Positions 28,826 to 38,498 of a stretch of DNA of 64,000 nt are shown piece by piece (within the stretch, counting starts at the first letter, position 1; every line of letters begins with the position of its first letter). Below the pieces are notes generated by a model. The model did no database searches. It saw only the letters and a program-made list of their open reading frames with translations, and was not told where the DNA came from. Source of the stretch: Bacteroidota bacterium (GTDB lineage Bacteria; Bacteroidota; Bacteroidia; AKYH767-A; OLB10); the NCBI GenBank assembly GCA_031366005.1, contig JANLZB010000094.1, positions 8,877 through 72,876 of the forward strand, read 5' to 3'. A program made the position numbers and the translations under genes.

Positions 28826-29461
28826 ATGATTAACCCTGTTAACGTTATTGCACTTATTGCAGCGTACCTGTTGGGTTCTATTCCTTCTGCAGTTTGGATT
28901 GGTAAAATTTTTTATGGCATTGATGTGCGTGAATATGGAAGCGGTAATGCAGGTGCAACAAATACCTTCAGGGTTTTAGGAAAAAAGGCAGGAATACCTG
29001 TTTTAATAATTGATGTATTGAAAGGATATATCGCTGTGCAGTTAGCCACATTAATTGGCAACTATTTACCGGGCACACAACAGTTTGTAAATTTTAAACT
29101 AACACTTGGAGTAGCTGCATTACTGGGACATATTTTTCCAATCTATGTAGGTTTCAGAGGCGGAAAAGGAGTGGCAACTTTACTTGGAATTTTAAGTGGT
29201 GTACATCCGCCTGCAGCATTGGTGTGTGCCGGTGTGTTTGCCATCACTTTTTTATTTACACGATATGTTTCTCTCAGTTCAATGATGTCTGCAATTGTTT
29301 TTCCTGTCATTATCATGTTTAGGTTTAACGAAACAATACCCAGCCTTAATGTGTTTTCAATGTTTGTTGCAGTGCTTGTACTCATCACTCACCAAAAAAA
29401 TATTGAACGGCTTTTGAAAGGAAAAGAAAGTAAAGTGCAGTTTTTTAAGAAGAAGCTTTAA
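28826..29461 (+). CDS. plsY: glycerol-3-phosphate acyltransferase PlsY
   Basis: Motifs GSIPSAVWIGK and GSGNAGATN. Length is 211 aa. Confidence 0.9.
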   Translation: MINPVNVIALIAAYLLGSIPSAVWIGKIFYGIDVREYGSGNAGATNTFRVLGKKAGIPVLIIDVLKGYIAVQLATLIGNYLPGTQQFVNFKLTLGVAALLGHIFPIYVGFRGGKGVATLLGILSGVHPPAALVCAGVFAITFLFTRYVSLSSMMSAIVFPVIIMFRFNETIPSLNVFSMFVAVLVLITHQKNIERLLKGKESKVQFFKKKL

Positions 29462-29479
29462 GGAATATTGCTTTATTGT

Positions 29480-29590
29480 TGAATTGCTGAATTGTTTTTA
29501 ATCTTCGAAAATTTAGCAACAAAGGCAATTCATAACAATTCAGCAATGAGACAGTTTTTAGCTATTTACCAATTCAGCAATTCAATAATT
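29480..29590. repeat. inverted/direct AATTCAGCAAT repeats downstream of plsY
   Basis: attgctgaattg pairs with caattcagcaatgag and caattcagcaattcaat. Confidence 0.55.
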
Positions 29591-29706
29591 TTCTAAATGT
29601 AAGATTTTTCATTTTTTGCATTGCTTTTTAATCATTTTATGTACTGTTTTTGCAACCGTGCTATTAAATACATCGTAGAAAATAGCGCTGAAAAAAGCAA
29701 AGTATT

Positions 29707-31515
29707 ATGAAAAGAAAATTTATAATCGAATTAACATTGATCCTTTCAATGTTCTCAGGAATGGTTGTTATTGCTAAACCATTCAATTTAGGAAACGGAG
29801 ATCACGGTCGTGCGAAAATGGCTGAAAGATATTTCCTGTCAAAGAATTATGATAAGGCAACTCCTTTGTTTGCACAATTAGTAAGCAATCATCCAAATAA
29901 TTATAAGTATAATTATTACTATGGCGTGTGTCTGCTTATTACCAATAAGGATAAAGATAAAGCAGTAAAATATTTGGAATCAGCTGTGATGAAACCCAAA
30001 ACACCTGATGAAATTTTTTACTATCTCGGTAAGGCTTATCATTTAAACTACATGTTTGATGAGGGTATTCGTGCCATTACAGAGTTTAATAATATCATTA
30101 AGCCAAAGCAAAGAATGAAATGGAACTCTGAAGAACCGCTTGAGTGGTGTTATAATGCCAAACGCATTTTAGATCACAGTAAAGATTCCATTATTACTGA
30201 AAAAACGGAAGTGCCTGCAACAGATTTCTATAGCAAATATGTTTTTACCGGTAACCGTGGAAAAATGCTTGCCATGCCGGAAAAATATCTCACCAAAGAC
30301 ATGGATGAGCAAAATCCTACTGTATTTCTCTCCGCTAATAACAAGGTGATGTATTATTCTGCCTACAATAAAGAAACATCAAGCCGTGATATTTTCCGTG
30401 TAGATAAGCAGCAGGATGAAAGTTGGGGAACACCTTATGCATTGGATGCAAATGTAAATTCCAAGCAGGATGAAATGTATCCAACCTGTTCACCTGATGG
30501 AAAAGTTTTATTCTTCAGTTCGCTTGGTCATCTGAGCACCGGTGGATTTGATTTGTACAAATCTGTTTTCAGTATGGCTGATAAAAAATGGTCACCTGCA
30601 GAAAATATGGCATCACCATATTCTTCTCCGTTTGATGATTTTTGTTTCGTTCCATCTGTAGATGATAAGGTTGCCTATTTCACATCATCCCGCGAAAGCG
30701 ATTATAATAACCTGCTTGTTTGTAAAGTAGCATTTGATGGAAAACAAATACCGATTGAACTTAAAGGAGTATTTGCATGTATCGGTCAGCCTGATTTAAA
30801 AGGTGTGCATATTAATATCAATAGGACTCAAAACGATTCAGCCATTGCTGCACTTAATACTGATCCTAAAAGCGGAGCATACAATGTTATGTTACCAGGA
30901 CCTGGTACTTATACATTTAAAATAGAAGCTGAAGGATTTAAACCCGCACAACAAACAGTTACTTTTTCTGAGTTTGGCGAAACCTATTTTGTACAGGAAA
31001 TTTTCTTAAGCCGTAATGTGGATGGCACTGAAGATTTAGCAATAAACAATCTTAAAGCGGGCGATAATTGGGATACGGATATGACTGCTAAAGCAGACTC
31101 CAATTCTTTCAATACTATTACAATGGCTGACATTGGCGCAACAGGAAAGAATCTTTCTGATAAAGAACTTGAAGCACTTAACGATGCTATTAATAAAAGC
31201 AATACTCCTTCCAGCAACACATTAGGAATTGCAGCAACAAATGGTCTTGAATACCGTATTCAGATTGGTGCATTTAAAAAACAAACAGCGGATATAACCG
31301 AGAAAAACCTTTCGCACAGAACAAAAGAAGTGTTTTATGGACAGAAGGACACCGACTGGCACCGCTATTTTATCGGGCATATAGGATCAATGAAGCAGGC
31401 GCGTGAACTTGCAAAAATTGTTCGCAAAGCAGGATTTAAAGATGCTTATGTAGTTGCATTTAAGGAAGGAAATAATATTCCATTGCTGCAAGCAATTTCC
31501 GAGGAAGGGAATTAA
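29707..31515 (+). CDS. secreted TPR / PD40 (TolB-like β-propeller) repeat protein with a C-terminal SPOR domain
   Basis: Signal peptide, then PD40-like stretches (CSPDGKVLFFSS…GGFDLYKS). The C-terminal SPOR-like segment reads YRIQIGAFKK…ARELAKIVRKAGFKDAYVV. Confidence 0.5.
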   Translation: MKRKFIIELTLILSMFSGMVVIAKPFNLGNGDHGRAKMAERYFLSKNYDKATPLFAQLVSNHPNNYKYNYYYGVCLLITNKDKDKAVKYLESAVMKPKTPDEIFYYLGKAYHLNYMFDEGIRAITEFNNIIKPKQRMKWNSEEPLEWCYNAKRILDHSKDSIITEKTEVPATDFYSKYVFTGNRGKMLAMPEKYLTKDMDEQNPTVFLSANNKVMYYSAYNKETSSRDIFRVDKQQDESWGTPYALDANVNSKQDEMYPTCSPDGKVLFFSSLGHLSTGGFDLYKSVFSMADKKWSPAENMASPYSSPFDDFCFVPSVDDKVAYFTSSRESDYNNLLVCKVAFDGKQIPIELKGVFACIGQPDLKGVHININRTQNDSAIAALNTDPKSGAYNVMLPGPGTYTFKIEAEGFKPAQQTVTFSEFGETYFVQEIFLSRNVDGTEDLAINNLKAGDNWDTDMTAKADSNSFNTITMADIGATGKNLSDKELEALNDAINKSNTPSSNTLGIAATNGLEYRIQIGAFKKQTADITEKNLSHRTKEVFYGQKDTDWHRYFIGHIGSMKQARELAKIVRKAGFKDAYVVAFKEGNNIPLLQAISEEGN

Positions 31516-31654
31516 TTAATTCGGTTTATAGTTATTGTTGATCTCACATTCCTGTTGTAAACCGCGCCATTTTAATTTGAGTCTATCGTTTTATGTTTTT
31601 AAATACAGTAAAAAATAAATGATAATATTTATCGCCAGAAGAACTAAAATATCT

Positions 31655-32047
31655 CTAAAAAAAACGATTTAAAATTTCCGTCAGCATTTGCTCTGTTAAT
31701 GGTTTTGATTCAAATCCACTGAGGGCGGAAATGTGTTTTGCTTTCGCTTTGTCAGCAGGGTTAAGTGAAGTGGTGAGCATGATAATTACAACCTTGGCTT
31801 TTTGAGATAGTGAAAGCTTATCATACTCTGCTAAAAACTCCCAGCCATTCATTTTTGGCATATTGATATCAAGAAAAATTAATTCAGGACATGTGGTTGT
31901 ATTCCTAAGATACTTCAAAGCATCAATACCACTTTCTGCAACCTCTATCTTATGTGCTATTTCAGTTTCTTTTAAGATAATCTGGTGATAATAATTATCA
32001 TCCTCATTATCATCAATCAACATTACACAATTCAATTTCGTTTTCAT
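31655..32047 (-). CDS. response regulator (receiver only)
   Basis: CheY-like sequence MLIDDNEDD…D…K. It overlaps the upstream histidine kinase by 4 nt. Confidence 0.75.
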   Translation of the reverse strand: MKTKLNCVMLIDDNEDDNYYHQIILKETEIAHKIEVAESGIDALKYLRNTTTCPELIFLDINMPKMNGWEFLAEYDKLSLSQKAKVVIIMLTTSLNPADKAKAKHISALSGFESKPLTEQMLTEILNRFF

Positions 32048-33582
32048 GATTCAAAGTTTTTAGGAATACTGAAATAAAATATAGTTCCCTTTCCGGGAGT
32101 TGAATCCACACTTATTTTTCCACCGTGCATTTCAATAATTTTTTTGCAGTGAGCCAGACCAATGCCTGAGCCGGGATATTGCTTTTGTGAATGTAGTTTT
32201 TGGAAAATTGTAAATATTCTATCGTAATATTCAGGTTCAATGCCTATGCCGTTATCTTTTACACTAAACAGCCATTCAATAATTTTATCCTCAGCAGCAA
32301 TGTGAAGAATTAAAGGAATTTCTGGTCTTCTGAATTTAATCGCATTACTTAAAAGATTTTGAAATACAGAATGTAATTCAGGATAACCATTTATTACGGG
32401 AAGAAAATCAGCTTTAACCTCCGCTCCGCTTTGCCTGATTACTGCTGACATATCAGTTAATACTTCGTTTAAGATTCTATTGCAATCAATTTCTGTTCTA
32501 TTGTTGTTATAACCGATTCTTGAATAATCAAGCACATCTTTAATAAGCATTTGCATACGGCCTGTAGCAGCACTTATGGTTGAAAGATATTTGTCAGCAT
32601 TTACATCCAGTTTTCCTTTGTAGTGTCTCTCCAATAATTCAACATAATTAGAAATGGTTCTTAAAGGCTCTTGTAAATCATGAGAAGCGATGTATGCAAA
32701 CTGTCCCAGTTCCTTATTTGAAAGAATTAGTTGTTCCGACATTTGATTGATTGCTGTTGCCACCTGTCCGATTTCATCATGCGAGAAAACAGTTGCACGT
32801 TCTTTTAAATTACCTGCTGCGATTTTTTTTGCTGCTTTATTAATCTCGTTTAATCCCCTGGATATATTCCGGCTTACAGTTATACTCATTATCAAACCTG
32901 AAATTTCAACAGTTAAAGCCACAAGGAATAATATTTTCAGAATAAGATTTTCTAACCATCGTGAACCTTCACCTAAAGTGTAAGAGAAGTTATCTTCCAG
33001 TTTTGTAAGTGCGAAATTGAGAGGGTCTATTTCATCTATAATAGAATCTATCTTTTGCTTAGAAGCTGTTGGCGAATTTATTTCCGAATGTAATTTTTCA
33101 CCAATTGGAAAAAGGTTGGCGATAAGTGAATCACCGGCAGTCCATACAATGATTGCCTTTTTTATATAATAAACATTATGAAATCTTCTTAAAAGATTTA
33201 TCATTCCATCAATATCATTTTCATGTACACGACCTTCTAAAAATCCCTGGCGTGCTATGTTAAGATCAGGATCAGGACGCAGCAGCTCGATACGTGTTTT
33301 ATGATCTCCCATGGGAACCTGCATAAATTTTTGAAATGCAATGTAGTCCGCTTCATTATGGGTACTTGAATATTTTTCTAATTGGTAAACAGCGTCTTTC
33401 TGCGCCTTGCTCCATAAGCCTTCAGCACCTACCAATGCTCTTACAGAAGAGAGTGTGTGAATTGCAAACCAAAGTGTCATTAGTTCCAATGCTATTAACA
33501 CGGCCATTGTACCCACGATGAAATAAAGTTTTTTAGTAATGGAAATGTCTTTCCATCGCCTGATTCGAAAAAAGTATTTCAT
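32044..33582 (-). CDS. sensor histidine kinase (TM, HAMP, HisKA, HATPase_c)
   Basis: H-box ASHDLQEPLR with N, G1 and G2 boxes (GSGIGL). The ORF-track start at 33612 is a TTG, and the first ATG is at 33582. Confidence 0.8.
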   Translation of the reverse strand: MKYFFRIRRWKDISITKKLYFIVGTMAVLIALELMTLWFAIHTLSSVRALVGAEGLWSKAQKDAVYQLEKYSSTHNEADYIAFQKFMQVPMGDHKTRIELLRPDPDLNIARQGFLEGRVHENDIDGMINLLRRFHNVYYIKKAIIVWTAGDSLIANLFPIGEKLHSEINSPTASKQKIDSIIDEIDPLNFALTKLEDNFSYTLGEGSRWLENLILKILFLVALTVEISGLIMSITVSRNISRGLNEINKAAKKIAAGNLKERATVFSHDEIGQVATAINQMSEQLILSNKELGQFAYIASHDLQEPLRTISNYVELLERHYKGKLDVNADKYLSTISAATGRMQMLIKDVLDYSRIGYNNNRTEIDCNRILNEVLTDMSAVIRQSGAEVKADFLPVINGYPELHSVFQNLLSNAIKFRRPEIPLILHIAAEDKIIEWLFSVKDNGIGIEPEYYDRIFTIFQKLHSQKQYPGSGIGLAHCKKIIEMHGGKISVDSTPGKGTIFYFSIPKNFES

Positions 33583-33765
33583 ACTCTTATTCTGTATATC
33601 TTCTCTCTTCAAAAAAAAATAATTGTGAAATCAAAACTAACAAATGAAAAGTGTAAAACAAATATCGCAATAAAATAATATTGGTAAACTGTTAGAGGAA
33701 TTTATTCTGATAGGCGTTTTAATCACAGAATTCTTCACAGCTTATCTGTTAGGATGCGCCTAATT

Positions 33766-34286
33766 TTTAGCCACTAATTTTAAGAATTAACACAAACTCT
33801 TTTTGCCATACACAAATAATTAGTGCCAATTTGTATAATTGATGGCAAGTTGTTTTAGCCACTAATTTCAAGAATTAACACAAATCATTTTCCCATACAC
33901 AAACCAATTAGTGACAATTTGTAGAAATGGTGGCAATCTGTTTTAACCACTATTTTTAAGAATTAACACAAACTCTTTTTGCCATACACAAACCAATTAG
34001 TGCCAATTTGTATAATTGGTGGCAAGATGTATTAGCCACTAATTTCGTATCATAAATCATTTTCCCATACACAAATAATTAGTGCCAATTTGTATAATTG
34101 GTGGCAAGTTGTTTTAGCCGCTAATTCAAGAATTAACACAAACTCATCTTGCCATTCACAAATAATTACTGCCAATTTGTATAATTGGTGGCAATCTGTT
34201 TTAACCACTAATTTCAAGAATTAACACAAACTCTTTTGCCATTCACAAACCAATTAGTGAGAATTTGTGTGATTCGTGGCAAGCTG
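33766..34286. repeat. tandem array of about six copies of an 82-89-bp unit with an internal imperfect palindrome
   Basis: The anchor ccactaattt recurs at 33771, 33859, 33947, 34036, 34118 and 34205. Each unit contains ttgccatacacaaa…tttgtataattggtggcaa. There are no unique spacers. Confidence 0.85.
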
Positions 34287-34407
34287 CCTCGTAGCCTGCT
34301 AAAGTGTTATTCATTTAAAAAATAATTAGAAGATGAAAACGTTAATTGTAAGAATCAATGAAAAATAATTTAAGTATTACTTAATTGAATATTTATCAAT
34401 ATAAAAA

Positions 34408-35106
34408 CTAAATCCTGCTTAATAAATTTTCTTTGTAACTGCTTCCGATTGGTAGCTTTTGTTTTTGCAACTCTACCTCGTTGCCTGCAATTGATTTGAT
34501 GGAATCAAGATTGATGATGTAAGATTTATGTATGCGTGCAAACTCATTACCGGGAAGATTTGCTTCAAAAAATTTCATGGTGTGTAAAGTAACAATCATG
34601 CGTTCGCGTGTAAAAATCTTTACGTAATCTTTCATTCCTTCTATGTATTCAATATCAACAAATTTTATTTTGATGAGTTTCTGATCACTTTTCACAAACA
34701 TGTAATCCACCCGTACTGTTGGTTTTTGAGCAGGAGCAACCGGTGCGGTATAACGTTCAATCACTTTATTCACGGCTTTCATAAAACGTTCCATGGAAAT
34801 GGGCTTTACTAAGTAATCCCTTACATCAAGTTCATAACCCTGCACTGCATAATCAGGATAAGCAGTAGTTATAATTACAGCAGGTGCTTTTCGTAATGAG
34901 CGCAAAAAATCTATACCTGAAATAACAGGCATTGATATATCGAGAAACATTAAGTCAACAGGTTCGGTGTGCAACACTTCGAATGCTTCCAGGGCATTTG
35001 AACATTTTTTTAATAGTGTTAATTCGTTAATGTTGTTGATGTAACGTTCGATCACATCTTGTGCCAGTGGCTCATCATCCACAATAATACAGTTGAATTT
35101 ATTCAT
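34408..35106 (-). CDS. LytTR-family two-component response regulator (REC + LytTR DNA-binding domain)
   Basis: N-terminal receiver domain and the C-terminal LytTR pattern (…FARIHKSYIINL…). Confidence 0.85.
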   Translation of the reverse strand: MNKFNCIIVDDEPLAQDVIERYINNINELTLLKKCSNALEAFEVLHTEPVDLMFLDISMPVISGIDFLRSLRKAPAVIITTAYPDYAVQGYELDVRDYLVKPISMERFMKAVNKVIERYTAPVAPAQKPTVRVDYMFVKSDQKLIKIKFVDIEYIEGMKDYVKIFTRERMIVTLHTMKFFEANLPGNEFARIHKSYIINLDSIKSIAGNEVELQKQKLPIGSSYKENLLSRI

Positions 35107-36167
35107 TTTAGTTCAAGGTCTAAGTGTACACTATATTCTTCTTCTCCGTCTTTTATTTTTAATTCTGACTTTCCGCGATACATCAGCTCTAATCTTCTTT
35201 TAATGTTTGTAAGCCCGATACCATTGCTGCTTGGCACCATGTTGCCATCGTCCATTAATCCCTTGCTGTTAACGGCATCAAACTGCATCCGGTTATTTTC
35301 AATGTTGATATTGATTTTTACCCAGCCATCATTAAAGCGTTTATCCAGTCCATGCTTAAAACCATTCTCAATAAAATCAATAAGTAATAATGGAGCAATC
35401 TCCTGTCCGTTAATTGTTCCGTTCACACTATAATCTATTTTATAATTTTCAGGATAACGGATGCGCTGAAGCTCAATATAGTTGCTGATAAAATTTAATT
35501 CTTTTGCCAGAGGCACTGTGGCTTCATTACTTTGATACAATACATAACGCATAATATCAGAAAGCTTTAATACAACTTCTGAAGATTTGTTTGAATTCTT
35601 TAATGTAAGAGAATAAAGATTATTTAAAGTATTAAAAAGAAAGTGAGGATTTACCTGTGATTTTAATGCGTTCAATTCAAGCTGTAATTTTTCTTTTTGA
35701 AGGCGAAGTAATTCTGTTTGTGTAATAAAAGCAATGAGTGTATATTTTAATGCGTAAGTAAGCAGCAACACTATAACGCCTTCAAGCACATCATACATCG
35801 GAGTGATACGATGAACAAAACGTTGCATCAATTGTTGCAGCCAAGTTTGGGGAAGCGACTTTAACAAAGTATAATTGCAGTAAGAATATAGCATCACCAA
35901 AGACACTGTAATCAGAAAATATGGAATGTATTTTTTTTTATTCAGCAGCGATGGAACCAATACATACAAATGAAAATAAACCATTGGCATTTGTGTTACA
36001 CAAACCACCAGGATATATAAAGCTGCATTCTTAAATCCCCATGGACCATATACATCATAGAAGCTGCGGAATAACCACACCGTCCAGAAAAATGCGTGCA
36101 GAATGATGCTTTTCATTCTTGCATTTGGCACCTTGCGTTCAAACTGTTGGATGAGATTCTCTATCAT
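35103..36167 (-). CDS. LytS/YehU-type sensor histidine kinase
   Basis: Multi-TM N-terminus, His_kinase motif VNPHFLFNTLN, and an HATPase domain. The start is uncertain: the ORF-track TTG is at 36176 and ATGs lie at 36167 and 36116. Confidence 0.75.
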   Translation of the reverse strand: MIENLIQQFERKVPNARMKSIILHAFFWTVWLFRSFYDVYGPWGFKNAALYILVVCVTQMPMVYFHLYVLVPSLLNKKKYIPYFLITVSLVMLYSYCNYTLLKSLPQTWLQQLMQRFVHRITPMYDVLEGVIVLLLTYALKYTLIAFITQTELLRLQKEKLQLELNALKSQVNPHFLFNTLNNLYSLTLKNSNKSSEVVLKLSDIMRYVLYQSNEATVPLAKELNFISNYIELQRIRYPENYKIDYSVNGTINGQEIAPLLLIDFIENGFKHGLDKRFNDGWVKININIENNRMQFDAVNSKGLMDDGNMVPSSNGIGLTNIKRRLELMYRGKSELKIKDGEEEYSVHLDLELK

Positions 36168-36372
36168 TGCTTTCAAATATACATCATTGTATTTCTGATA
36201 GTATTGCTTATCGTCAAAACGCTAATCATTAACGACTAAAATAATCAGGTATCCGACTTAGATTTTATATTCAGCATATATTCAGTTGGTCAGCAGTAAG
36301 CACATGTAAGTCTAAAAATTTTGTTAGCTTAAAAGTTCATTCATTTATTTGTAACATCTTAAAAATCACAAT

Positions 36373-38403
36373 ATGTTAAGAAAATTAATTATGCTATTAA
36401 CCGCTGCGGTGTTATTCAGCGCTTTCATTTTATTACCAGGCGATAAAACAAAGAATGCCGGGATAGAAATTTCTTCGATGGATAAAACCGTTAATCCTAA
36501 AGATGATTTTTATCGTTATGCTAACGGAACATGGATTAAAAATAATCCTGTGCCTGCTGAAGAAGCGCGCTGGGGAAGTTTTGATGAGCTTAAAAAGCAA
36601 AATGATAATAAGCTGAAAGCAATTTTTGAAAATATTGCACAGGAGAGCAGCGCACCTACAGGAAGCAATCATCAAAAACTCCGTGATTTTTATCTGAGTG
36701 CCATGGATACAATTACAATTAACAAGCAAGGTATAAATCCCGTTAAGGATGAATTGGAAATGATCAATGCAATAAATAGTAATGACGGTTTGATGAATGC
36801 TGTAGCTGAATTACAAAGAAATGGTATCGGCACTATGTTTAGTTTTTATGTTACACGCGATATTAAAAAGAGTGATCAGTACATCAGCTATATCGGGCAG
36901 GGTGGATATCATTTACCTGATAAAGATTATTATCTGAAAGATGATGACAAGTCTAAAAAAATTCGTGAGGAGTATAAGAAACACATTGTAAAAATGTTTT
37001 CGTTAATGAAAGAGCAAAACACAGATGCAAAAGCAGATAAAGTTATTGCGATGGAAACAGCATTTGCAAAAGTGTGTAAGAGCCGGGTTGAACTTCGCGA
37101 CCAGGAAAAAAATTATTTTAAATATTCAGTTGCTGATTTACAAACAATGACACCTGATATGAATTGGAATCTTTATTTCAAAAAAGAAGGAGCAGCGTCT
37201 ATTGAAAATTTAGTAGTGAGGCAACCGGAATTTTTTAAAGCGCTCAATGGATTTTTTAATCAATATTCATTTGATGACTGGAAAACATATTTGACCTGGC
37301 ACCTGATTAATAACACCAGCAACTTTTTGAGCAGTGATTTTGAGAAAGAAGATTTTTATTTCAATGACGGAGTATTGAATGGTGTTTCTCAAATGAAACC
37401 GCGATGGAAAGATGTGCTTGCATCAGCAGATGCTAACATTGGTGAAATAGTTGGTGAAGCTTATGTGGAAAAATATTTCAGTGCAGAATCGAAGCAGCGC
37501 GTTCAGCAAATGGTGAATTATATTTTACAGGTTTATCAGATCCGTATTCAAAATTTAGACTGGATGAGTGCTGAAACAAAAAAGAAAGCATTAGAGAAAT
37601 TAAGCAAGTTCAACACAAAGTTTGGTTATACGGATAAATGGAAAGACTATAGTAAGCTGGAAATAAAACGTGATGCATACGCCACAAACGTAATGCGTTG
37701 CTCCCGTTTTTTATTTGATTACAATGTGAGCAAATTGGGCAAACCGGTTGATAAAACAGAATGGCAGATGTTGCCACACCAGATTAATGCATATTACGAG
37801 CCGACATTAAATGAAATAGTTTTTCCGGCAGCAATTATGCAACCTCCGTTTTTTTATGCTGATGCAGATGATGCTGTAAACTATGGAGCCATTGGTGCAG
37901 TCATTGGTCATGAGATATCACATGGTTTTGATGACCAGGGTTCTAAATATGATGGCAATGGAAATTTAAATAACTGGTGGACAGATGAAGACAGGTCACG
38001 GTTTAATGAACGTACACACAAAATTATTGAACAGTTTAATCAATACGAAGCTTTGCCCGGAGTAAATGTAAACGGACAATTAACCCTCGGAGAAAATATA
38101 GCTGACCTGGGAGGATTAAATGTTTCGTACCAGGCATACATGCTTTCTTTAAAGGGAAAACCAAAGGAAACGATCAATGGTTTCACTCCTGAGCAACGTT
38201 TTTTTCTTGCCTTTGCACAGGTTTGGAAAAGTAATTTCAAAGATGAATATCTGCGCAAAATGGTGATGACTAATCCTCATGCACCAGGTCCGTTCAGAGC
38301 AATTGCTGCTCCCTCAAATATGCCGGAGTTCTATCAGGCGTTTGATGTAAAAGTTGGTGATAAAATGTATCGTGACGAAAATGTACGTGCCAAAATATGG
38401 TAA
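36373..38403 (+). CDS. pepO: M13 family zinc metallopeptidase (neprilysin/PepO-like)
   Basis: HExxH motif VIGHEISHGFD and the downstream ENIADLGG motif. The protein is 676 aa with a signal peptide. Confidence 0.85.
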   Translation: MLRKLIMLLTAAVLFSAFILLPGDKTKNAGIEISSMDKTVNPKDDFYRYANGTWIKNNPVPAEEARWGSFDELKKQNDNKLKAIFENIAQESSAPTGSNHQKLRDFYLSAMDTITINKQGINPVKDELEMINAINSNDGLMNAVAELQRNGIGTMFSFYVTRDIKKSDQYISYIGQGGYHLPDKDYYLKDDDKSKKIREEYKKHIVKMFSLMKEQNTDAKADKVIAMETAFAKVCKSRVELRDQEKNYFKYSVADLQTMTPDMNWNLYFKKEGAASIENLVVRQPEFFKALNGFFNQYSFDDWKTYLTWHLINNTSNFLSSDFEKEDFYFNDGVLNGVSQMKPRWKDVLASADANIGEIVGEAYVEKYFSAESKQRVQQMVNYILQVYQIRIQNLDWMSAETKKKALEKLSKFNTKFGYTDKWKDYSKLEIKRDAYATNVMRCSRFLFDYNVSKLGKPVDKTEWQMLPHQINAYYEPTLNEIVFPAAIMQPPFFYADADDAVNYGAIGAVIGHEISHGFDDQGSKYDGNGNLNNWWTDEDRSRFNERTHKIIEQFNQYEALPGVNVNGQLTLGENIADLGGLNVSYQAYMLSLKGKPKETINGFTPEQRFFLAFAQVWKSNFKDEYLRKMVMTNPHAPGPFRAIAAPSNMPEFYQAFDVKVGDKMYRDENVRAKIW

Positions 38404-38413
38404 TAAATAGTTC

Positions 38414-38484
38414 ACGGTTTACAGTTTGCAGTTTACAGTTACTTGCCAGAGTCAACCGTAAACTGCAAACTGTAAATTGCAAAC
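38414..38484. terminator. long palindrome with TTTACAG/TTTGCAG heptamer arms directly after pepO
   Basis: acggtttacagtttgcagtttacag pairs with ccgtaaactgcaaactgtaaattgcaaact. Confidence 0.6.
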
Positions 38485-38498
38485 TAATTCAATTTGAT

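Noticed and set aside
33766-34286. Possible CRISPR array (regular direct repeats)
   Set aside because: The repeat units are 82-89 bp and adjoin each other with no unique spacers. The whole unit is what repeats, and no cas genes are present in the window.
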